A DNA stretch of 64,000 nucleotides, taken from assembly GCA_963649295.1 (NCBI GenBank), contig CAVJHK010000001.1, positions 4,636 through 68,635 on the forward strand. The letters run 5' to 3'. Positions 26,816-35,200 of the stretch are shown here, in pieces. The first letter of the stretch is position 1; every line of letters starts with the position of its first letter. The DNA is from Lachnospiraceae bacterium. GTDB lineage: Bacteria > Bacillota > Clostridia > Lachnospirales > Lachnospiraceae. The notes under the pieces were generated by a model. It was not told the DNA's origin. It worked only from the letters and a program-made list of their open reading frames with translations, and searched no databases. The position numbers and the translations under genes were made by a program.

Positions 26816-26970
26816 CACCGGTAAAGATTATTCGGACTTTGCGGTTTAAGTATTTTTGTTTGGCAGGGTAAGCTGCTTTTTTAGAGTGCAAAGCGGTACA
26901 AAGCGGCAATCTGCCTATCGTTAAGATAAATCTTTTGACACTACCCAATATTTTTAAGAAGGAAATTTTT

Positions 26971-27765
26971 ATGAATGCATTTGGAAACAAAGACCGCGAG
27001 GCAATTATAATCGGTGCGTCACCGATGGGGCGTGAAAAAGAAGGGCTTATAAAACTCTTAAATAAAGCGGGCTATGGGACAAAAGTGGGTTACGGAACAA
27101 AAGAAGAAAAAGTAAGCATAACCTGTACTGGGAACTGCAAGTCTTGTAGCTCCCGGTGCGGGTCGCATGCGGGACTCAATGATATTTATGTTATGGCAGC
27201 GGACGGCGGGCTTGAGTTTTTGTTAAAAAATGACATGCTTCCCGATTTTTTTGTGGGAGATTTGGACTCGTTTGAAACGGAAAGCGGGCTGAATAAAGAC
27301 GAAATAAATGAACTCTTAAAGAAAATTCCCCACAAAATCGTGCCTGTCGAAAAGGATGACACCGATATGGCTCTTGCCGCGCAAATTGCGTGCGAAAACG
27401 GATGCAACAAAATCATAATTTACGGCGGGCTTGGCGGCACAAGGATTTCGCATACCTTTGCAAATGTGCAATTGATGGCGGATTATGCCATTAAAGGCAT
27501 TACAATGCTTTTGATGGGAAACGGCATAAAGGCAGAAGTTATTTATAATTCCAAAAAAAATTATTCCGCAATCATGAAGGGGAATATTTCGGTGATTTCA
27601 CTGTCTGATGTGTCAAACGGTGTCAAAATAAAGGGACTTAAATATGAATACGAGGGCAATTTGACAAACACGCGCACGCTTGGGGTGAGCAATTCGTTTG
27701 TCGGGAAAGAAGCGAGTGTGTCGGTGGAAGATGGGATAGTTTTACTAATATACGAAAGAAAATAA
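26971..27765 (+). CDS. thiamine pyrophosphokinase
   Basis: Motifs GDLDSF, KDDTDMALA and IIIYGGLGGTRISHTFANVQL. The likely start is ATG 26971. Confidence 0.8.
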   Translation: MNAFGNKDREAIIIGASPMGREKEGLIKLLNKAGYGTKVGYGTKEEKVSITCTGNCKSCSSRCGSHAGLNDIYVMAADGGLEFLLKNDMLPDFFVGDLDSFETESGLNKDEINELLKKIPHKIVPVEKDDTDMALAAQIACENGCNKIIIYGGLGGTRISHTFANVQLMADYAIKGITMLLMGNGIKAEVIYNSKKNYSAIMKGNISVISLSDVSNGVKIKGLKYEYEGNLTNTRTLGVSNSFVGKEASVSVEDGIVLLIYERK

Positions 27766-27792
27766 ATTTTTGTGCTGTAAGCTATGGTGAAG

Positions 27793-27905
27793 ACATAAAA
27801 TTTGCCGGATGTTTACATAAAATTTGCCGGATGTTTATATAAAAAAATGCCGTGGGTTTACATAAAAAAATGCCGGATGTTTATATAAAAAAATGCCGTG
27901 GGTTT
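27793..27905. repeat. five tandem 22-23-bp units (acataaaatttgccggatgttt-type)
   Basis: Read directly. Units lie at 27793, 27815, 27837, 27860 and 27883, alternating between gccggatg and gccgtggg variants. Confidence 0.95.
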
Positions 27906-27936
27906 ATTTATAAAAATTGTGACAAGAAAACAATTA

Positions 27937-27981
27937 TAATTTGCTAAATCTCGATTTTTTTTGCCACATTTAGCAAATTAT
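27937..27981. repeat. 14-bp perfect inverted repeat (ataatttgctaaat N17 atttagcaaattat)
   Basis: Read directly. A related copy lies at 28026-28061. Confidence 0.9.
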
Positions 27982-28025
27982 AAATGTGAAATAGCTTGAT
28001 TTTCGAAAAAAGAATGGCGTATACT

Positions 28026-28061
28026 TTGCTAAAAGTCGAATTTTTTATGAGATTTAGCAAA
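28026..28061. repeat. 9-bp inverted repeat tttgctaaa N18 tttagcaaa (second copy of the element)
   Basis: Read directly. The spacer (agtcgaatttttt...) resembles that of the first copy (tctcgatttttttt...). It lies about 57 nt upstream of the mscL ATG. Confidence 0.9.
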
Positions 28062-28117
28062 ATATAAAAGAATTTTTGATAAAAGCAGTTAAACCAAAAT
28101 TTCAAGGAGAACAATTT

Positions 28118-28783
28118 ATGTCAAAGAAACAAAACAAAAAATCCGTTGTTAAGGAATTTAAGGAATTTATTTCAAGAGGAAACGTTGTGGATATGGCAGT
28201 CGGTGTTATTATCGGTAGTGCGTTCACCGCAATTGTCAATTCGCTTGTAAAGGATATTTTTACGCCGCTTATCGGAATAATAATCGGAGGAATAAATTTT
28301 GCGAGCCTTTCGATTAAGATTCCCGATACAACGCTTGAAGACGGAACGGTTATCATACAGGGCGCAGAGCTTACTTACGGAAACTTTATTCAAAGCATAA
28401 TTACGTTTCTTCTTACCGCTTTGTGCGTATTTATTTTTGTTAAGGCGATAAATGCGATAAGAAACGGATCTTTGTTTAAAAAAATAAAGGATGTGACGGA
28501 CGGAGAACCCGCACCCGCTCCCGCTCCCGAGCCGCCCAAGCCCTCGAATGAAGAAGTGCTTCTTACGGAAATCAGGGATTTGCTTAAAAATCAAAATGAA
28601 ATGACACAAAAGCCCAAGAATTTCTTCAACAGAAACAGAAATTTTGACAAGAATAACAAGGACAACAACAGGAATAACAAAGACGGTAATAAGGATAGTA
28701 AAGACCGCAATAAGGACGATAATAAAGATACGATAAAACACGTTGGAGGCACTTCCGAAACCGATACAAATAAGACTGAATAA
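28118..28783 (+). CDS. mscL: large-conductance mechanosensitive channel MscL with extended C-terminal tail
   Basis: EFKEFISRGNVVDMAVGVIIGSAFTAIVNSLVKDIFTPLIG is the MscL signature. ATG 28118 follows AAGGAG. The product is 221 aa. Confidence 0.9.
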   Translation: MSKKQNKKSVVKEFKEFISRGNVVDMAVGVIIGSAFTAIVNSLVKDIFTPLIGIIIGGINFASLSIKIPDTTLEDGTVIIQGAELTYGNFIQSIITFLLTALCVFIFVKAINAIRNGSLFKKIKDVTDGEPAPAPAPEPPKPSNEEVLLTEIRDLLKNQNEMTQKPKNFFNRNRNFDKNNKDNNRNNKDGNKDSKDRNKDDNKDTIKHVGGTSETDTNKTE

Positions 28784-28794
28784 AACGGCGAATA

Positions 28795-28842
28795 AAAACG
28801 ACCGCCGTTAGCTTCTCAAAAACTTAGGGTGGTCGTTTTTTT
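28795..28842 (+). terminator. rho-independent terminator after mscL
   Basis: aaaacgaccgcc ... ggtggtcgtttt stem followed by a T-run. Confidence 0.7.
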
Positions 28843-28943
28843 GATTATTTTATAATTGGGACGGCCGTCTATCGGCAACACCTCTTTTGTGATAATATGC
28901 TAACATATATACATATAAATCAACCACAACTCTCATATTCTAT

Positions 28944-29969
28944 ATGCAAAATCAAAAAGAAAAACTCTTAGGATTTTCAAAAAAGAATATTTTGCTTACG
29001 GAGCTTGCTGCGCTCTTTCGTATCGATTATTCGGATACAAAAGAGCTTTATTCTCTCGTAACGGAACTTGGAAATCAGGGCTTAATAAAGCCTGTTTCGG
29101 CATCGGGAAAAATTGCAAATCTTACGTATCCCATGTACAAAAAATATAAGATTTGCGCAGCGGATGAAGAGTATGCGGCGGATATTAAAAAAATTCTGTC
29201 CTTACATCCCACAATCACAAAAAGCGGATATTTAAGCAGAAATCCGAAAATATACAGGGAAAACGAAAATTTTCTTGCTATGCTTTCAAAATATTTTTTT
29301 ACAAACCGGCATGCCGAATATATTTCAAGAAAAGAGCGTTCATATGAGATATTCGGAAAAGAAAAAGAGCTCGACAATCCTACTTTCAAACGTCTTTTAA
29401 ATAATCTCAAAATCACCGATTCCGACCTTATGTTTTATGATACGCCGGAATATTGTTTTCATGACTTCATTCCCGAGAGAAAAGAGCATATGACGCTCCT
29501 TATATGCGAAAATAAGGATATTTGGTTTAATATAAGGCGCCGTATGTTTGAAGAAAATATGAGAATGCTGTTCGGCACAAAAATAGACGGCGTTGTGTAC
29601 GGGGCAGGAAACAAGGTTTCCGAAAAGTCTGGTGCGCTTATACAGTATGTAAGGTTTATGGGAAAACGCACGGCAGATTTTTTGTATTGGGGGGACATAG
29701 ACCGAGAAGGCTTTGACATATTTAAGCGTACACGGGAAGTAAATGCAGGGCTTATGATCAAGCTTTTTGTTCCCGGATACAAAAAAATGATAAAAAAAGC
29801 AGCGGGAAAAGCGCAGGAAGACGCTCCGTCATCAAAAGATAAGGGAAATTATGATGAAATATTTGCGGAATTTTCCGAGCACGAAAGAGAATTTTTAAGC
29901 GACATTATGAAAAATAACAAACTTATTCCTCAGGAAATTATTTCCTATACGGATTTGAGCGAGGTGTGA
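28944..29969 (+). CDS. Toprim/DUF2220-like nuclease candidate (JetD/MksG-like)
   Basis: 341 aa with an N-terminal winged-helix-like region. The C-terminal half carries [11 protein letters not shown] (Toprim-type Glu), [15 protein letters not shown] (DxD) and a terminal LIPQEII. This is the pattern I associate with DUF2220. Confidence 0.6.
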   Translation: MQNQKEKLLGFSKKNILLTELAALFRIDYSDTKELYSLVTELGNQGLIKPVSASGKIANLTYPMYKKYKICAADEEYAADIKKILSLHPTITKSGYLSRNPKIYRENENFLAMLSKYFFTNRHAEYISRKERSYEIFGKEKELDNPTFKRLLNNLKITDSDLMFYDTPEYCFHDFIPERKEHMTLLICENKDIWFNIRRRMFEENMRMLFGTKIDGVVYGAGNKVSEKSGALIQYVRFMGKRTADFLYWGDIDREGFDIFKRTREVNAGLMIKLFVPGYKKMIKKAAGKAQEDAPSSKDKGNYDEIFAEFSEHEREFLSDIMKNNKLIPQEIISYTDLSEV

Positions 29970-29973
29970 AAAG

Positions 29974-31521
29974 GTGCTGCGGCAGGATGTAAAAGAGATG
30001 TTTTCGGGCTTCCAAAACCGAATGAAATTTATAGATATTGTGAGAAGCATTACGGTAACAAGTTATCCGGATGACATTAAAGAAATGTTTCACGGAGATT
30101 ATGATATTTTAAATAATCTGGTTGTGGCAGTTTTGCTTTTTATTAAGGAGCGGACGCTTGGGACGATGGAAAGCTGTACGCTTCGCGATATCGAAGGCTT
30201 TTTGGACAATATAGCAGAGATTGTGCCGGAGGGGTACTTGCTTGACACAGGGCGGCTTTCGTCTTTTATTGTCATAAATGTGCTTCAAAACAACGGAAAG
30301 ACGATAGAATACGATACATATTATGCGGATGCGGGAATTTTTAAGAAAATGCCCGTCCGTCTCATAAACGAAGAAAAGGGAACATATCATTTGACTGATG
30401 ATGCGTTTGATTTTTTGTATCGTTCAAAGGAAATAGAATCGGAACTTGATTATTCCGTAACGCGTTTTAAGATGCAGGAATATATGAAGCGCAAAAATTA
30501 TTCGGAGGCCTTGTCGCAAAGCCGCGAGCTTGTGGCAAGACTCAGAAACATGAGTCACGGAATGGATGACTTTATTTTGCGATGCCGTGAAAATATTGCA
30601 AAGATAAGTGTGGACGAATACGAAAGGATCGTCGGACAATACAGAAATTTGCTTATCGACGAGCAAAAGGAGCTGGAAGAAATTCAAAAAACGGCTGCGG
30701 CATCGGCAGAAATAATAAGAAACGCGCTGGACGCGGGTGCGGATACAACAGAGGCACGCAAGAATCTTGTCGATCTTTCGGAAATCAACAAAAATCTCGA
30801 TATGACAATTTATGAACAGCGTGCTCTTATAAATGCGCGTAATCTTGTTTCGGAATCATATAGGGAGATGCTCAAAGACAGCTTCATCATAAAAAATTAT
30901 GAACGCATGAATTTTGAAAAGGATATTATGAGAAAGCTGCAAAAATCGGGTGACGCACTCGGAGACGCCGTGCTGAAGCTGTTTTTGCCTTTGCTTACGC
31001 CAAGCTTTAAAAATATGTTCAATATCGAAAATTTTTATGCGGAGTCGGGACCGATTACGGATGAGGCAGAAGAATCAGGCGTCGAAATCGGAGATACGGA
31101 CGAATCGGAAGATGAATTCATAAAGGAAAGAAACAAAATATATACGGAAATATGTGCAGCTTTTTTTGAATTTATGTGTCATGAAAAGGATTTTTATGTA
31201 AAGGACTTTGTAAAATCGCTTTCTGTGGATAATTTGATGTGCTGGAATAAAGACAATATTCTTTCAAACACGCTGCTTACAATTTTTCAGGCGAAGGAAA
31301 TAGATGTCGAAAGCATAAAAGAGGACAAAGACTTAATTTTGACGGAGCCTCTCGGAGAGTTTGATCTTCTTTGGATAATGAAAAATATGCGGGAAGATTG
31401 TCTTGCTATGAAAAAAATCGAATTTGAAACGTCGGATGAAACATTTAAATTCAGCATAAGCGACGGCGAAAATATTGCAACGACGGAAATGACAAATTTT
31501 TTGGTTAAGGTGGAACGATGA
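29974..31521 (+). CDS. kleisin-sized helical protein (JetA/MksF-like candidate)
   Basis: 515 aa. It starts 4 nt after the previous stop and contains [17 protein letters not shown], a central coiled segment and an acidic linker ([16 protein letters not shown]). The assignment rests on size, position and weak pattern similarity. Confidence 0.4.
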   Translation: MLRQDVKEMFSGFQNRMKFIDIVRSITVTSYPDDIKEMFHGDYDILNNLVVAVLLFIKERTLGTMESCTLRDIEGFLDNIAEIVPEGYLLDTGRLSSFIVINVLQNNGKTIEYDTYYADAGIFKKMPVRLINEEKGTYHLTDDAFDFLYRSKEIESELDYSVTRFKMQEYMKRKNYSEALSQSRELVARLRNMSHGMDDFILRCRENIAKISVDEYERIVGQYRNLLIDEQKELEEIQKTAAASAEIIRNALDAGADTTEARKNLVDLSEINKNLDMTIYEQRALINARNLVSESYREMLKDSFIIKNYERMNFEKDIMRKLQKSGDALGDAVLKLFLPLLTPSFKNMFNIENFYAESGPITDEAEESGVEIGDTDESEDEFIKERNKIYTEICAAFFEFMCHEKDFYVKDFVKSLSVDNLMCWNKDNILSNTLLTIFQAKEIDVESIKEDKDLILTEPLGEFDLLWIMKNMREDCLAMKKIEFETSDETFKFSISDGENIATTEMTNFLVKVER

Positions 31522-32222
31522 ATACCAATACGGTAAAGCTTTTTCATGAGCTTATGAAAAAAGGAAGAATAGACAGAAACGACAATGCCGCACTATGGAT
31601 TGCGGCAGAAGACGAAGAGGTGCGTGACGAACTTGATTTTATGGGTTCGGAGCTCGGCTTTGAAATTGTAAACGCGCCGAACCGCATTTATCTTGTTCCG
31701 ACGGAAAATAACGACCTATTTTTAAAGAACAACATAGATTACCGTGCGGATATAAAGGCGGGGAATGATGCAAGGGTGAGAGATTTGTATCTTTTAAATT
31801 ATCTCGCCGTATTTGTTCTTTTTATATTTTTTAAGGGTGAAGGAAACGATATCAGGGTGAGAGACTTTATCACGAAAGAGGATTTGATAAAGGAATTTAC
31901 GGAACATACTGAGAATGTCGCAAAAAAAGGCATTGACGGCGAAGAAAAAAAGGACGATTATTCGGAAAATTTTGTGACACTTGCAAACGACTGGCTTTCG
32001 AAAAAGGAAGGAACTGTACTTAGCCGCAAAACCGATGAGCGTTACGGAGTCATAAACAAATTATTGTTAAAATTCAGGGCGGATGATTTGTTTACGGAAG
32101 AATCGGGAATAATAAAGCCTACAAAGAAAACCTGCGATTTGATGCCTTATGTTCTCAGAAAGGACAGAGTGCAGACAATAAACGATTGGATTGGAGAAAC
32201 ATGCGATGCCGCAGATAAGTAA
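31518..32222 (+). CDS. small acidic winged-helix-like subunit (JetB/MksE-like candidate)
   Basis: 234 aa, joined to the upstream gene by an ATGA start/stop overlap. The pattern [37 protein letters not shown] resembles DUF4194-type proteins. Confidence 0.45.
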   Translation: MNTNTVKLFHELMKKGRIDRNDNAALWIAAEDEEVRDELDFMGSELGFEIVNAPNRIYLVPTENNDLFLKNNIDYRADIKAGNDARVRDLYLLNYLAVFVLFIFFKGEGNDIRVRDFITKEDLIKEFTEHTENVAKKGIDGEEKKDDYSENFVTLANDWLSKKEGTVLSRKTDERYGVINKLLLKFRADDLFTEESGIIKPTKKTCDLMPYVLRKDRVQTINDWIGETCDAADK

Positions 32223-35200
32223 GATTAGGATAGTGAATTTTTATTACAATAACGGCAAGAGATTTATTGCGGATGAGCTTTATGATCTCGAAAACGAAAA
32301 AGGAGAGGCGTTAAATACTCTTTTTAATCTTAACAACGGCGGCGGAAAGACTGTCCTTGTGCAGCTTATGATGCAGCCCGTAAATCCGAGGGCAATGGCG
32401 GGCGGAAGAAGAATAGAGGATTATTTTGAGAGATCCGCTGATCATTCGTTTGTGCTGATTGAGTGGATTATGGATGAAAGCCGCGAGAGGCTTATGACCG
32501 GAATTGCGATTGCGGCAAGCAGTGTAAATTCGTCTGATGACAATGAACGGGGAAACAGAATAAGATATTACACCTTTAAGTCGGTTTATGAGGATTATTC
32601 TCCCTATTCGATTGCAAATTTGGAGCTTTCAAAAAACGAGAACGGACGATTTGTTCCCGCGGGCTTTGAATTTGTAAAGGATAAGGGAAAACAGAGTAAA
32701 GGAGCGCTTTTATGTTATTCCTCGGATGATGCGAGGCTGTGGGAAAAGGAGCTTTCGGATTATGGAATTTTGCGCTCTGAATGGGAAAACGTGATAGAAA
32801 CGTTAAACAAGGACGAAGGCGGTTTAAATGAGTATTTTGGGGATGCAAAGACGTCGGATAAGCTGATTTCAAAGTTTTTTATTCCGGCAATCGAAAAAAA
32901 GATAAAAAGTGTGGGAAATAATACATCGGATGGGTCGCTTGGCACCATGCTTATTTCGTATGCAAAAAAGATTACCGAAAAAGAAAGTGTTATGCGGGAG
33001 CGTGACATAAACCGCGAGCTGCTTACGGAGCTTAGGGGGACTTTAGATGAGAGCAGGGCGCTTTTTGCGGCAGCGGACGCATTTGCTGTAAATACCGGAA
33101 AAGTGCGCTCCTTTAAGGCTGCGATAAGTAAGAGAACAGCTGAAATTGAGTCAGAAAAAGCAAAATTCGAAGCAAAAATCAATTCTTTAAACGAAAGGAT
33201 TCATCATATTGCGCATGAAGAAAAATCAAAGGATTTTTATATTGCGTCAGATAATCTTGAAATTGCGTCAGAGGCATATAAAGCGTCAAAAGAAAAATAT
33301 GACGATTGTGATGAGTTATTAAAAAATCTCCGCAAGTCTGAGGATATTTTAAATGCCGCAAAGATTTGTGGAGAAATTCGTGAAAAGGAAGCGGAAATCA
33401 AGGAACTAAAAAAACTGATCGAAGAAAAGGAAAATAATTCGGAAGATGCGGAACGTATTGCCGCACTTAAATTTTCCGTGCTTTTGAAGGCAAAAGAAAA
33501 AGAGGAAAAGGAAAGTGCCGCACTTAATTATAAAAAGAATGAGCTTGATACCGTAAATGCGGAATATGAGAAGAACAGGCACAAAGAGCATGACGTAAAA
33601 GAAATTTTGGAAAAAGCAAAAGAAGAAAGTCTAAAAGCGGAAATTTCTTTAAAAGAAACAAAGAAAACAACGGACAATTTGGTTCAAAAGTTTTCCTTAA
33701 ACGTTAACAGGCGTCTTGACGGTTTTTATGAGATAGACGAAATCGAAGAGGAAAGGGCAAATGCCGCACTTGAAAAAGAGACACTTGAAAAAGAAAAGAG
33801 GCATTTGAGCAATGAGCTTGAGAGGATAGAACGCCTAAAAGAGGAATTGCCCGCAAGAATATCTGATAATATGCTTGAAAGCCAAAGAAAGGACGATGAA
33901 AAAAGGAATATCGAACAGGAAATCAAGCATTTTGACGTGGCATATGAGAAAATAATCGGAATTTGCAATAAATATAATTTTGAGCCGGAAGCCGTATGGA
34001 ACGGAAATTTATGTCTTGCAGCGGAAACGGAACTCAAAAATTCCCGCGCAAAATACAATAAGGCGGAAAAAGACAAGGCAGCTTTAAATGATATGCTTAC
34101 GGCGGCAAAGAACGGATGCCTTCATATTCTTCCCGAAATTATGGAATATATAAGGTCGACGGGAATTTATTGCATTACGGGTGAAGATTATTTATGCAGG
34201 CAAAGCGCCGCACAAAACATAACAAAAGAAAGACTTGATAAAATACTTGACGAATATCCTGAAATCGCATATTCGGTACTTTTTGATACGGAAAAGGATT
34301 TGAAACGCTTTTTGGAGGCGGGGAACAGTGATTGGACCCAAAGCTGTATTCCGCTTTTTACCATGGAGCGGGTGAATTTGATTTTAAAAGGAGAATTCGA
34401 TCGCGCAGAATTTTTTGCATGCTGCGACAGGGAATATTTTGCTGCCCCTGAACGCTTTTCGGAAAAAAAGGAAGAAGAAATAAGTGAGCTTGAAGGTAAA
34501 ATAAAAAGATATGCCGGGCATATAAGTGAATGTGAAAAGGATATAAAAGAGATTCAGGGCTTTTGTTATGACAAAAATTGGAAGAAAACACGAGGAACTG
34601 AGCTCTTATCTTTGGAAGCAAGCATAGAGTGGTTTGCGGACGAAATAAAAAGACTTGAAGCGGAGCTTGACGGCGCAAAAAAACAATACAAAGTGACCAA
34701 AAGATTATATGAAGAAGCAGGCGAAAAAATTGCAAATTCGGAAAAACGTCTTGAAGGCATAGCAGATGTTATTTTGAATATCGATTGTGAAAATAATCTG
34801 TTTGACACTTGGCAAAAGTGTTCAGGAAATGTAAAAAATGCCGAAAACGCATTTGAAATGGCTTCTGATGCCGTAAAGAAATCGGAAAAGCAGCTTGACG
34901 ATTTAAATATTGAGATATCGGAAATAAACCGGATTTTATTGGGCGTAAAGGAAATTCTCAAAAAAGTATCGGGGGCAAAGCCTGTCAAAAACGAAAAAAT
35001 TACAGACGGCGAAACAAATGAACTGTATTCACGTTATCTTACTTTATGCGAAAATCTGTCAAAGGATCTTGAGGCGCTTAACGAAAAATTAAATATCGTA
35101 AACAAAAGAAAATCGGATGCGGAGCGAGAGCTTAAAAATTATAAGAACTGCCAAAGGGAAGAATATGAAAATATACAGTTTTCTGCGGAACGGATGGAAA

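Noticed and set aside
27793-27905. Possible CRISPR array
   Set aside because: The units are directly contiguous with no unique spacers, the unit length is 22-23 bp, there are only five copies, and no cas genes are nearby.
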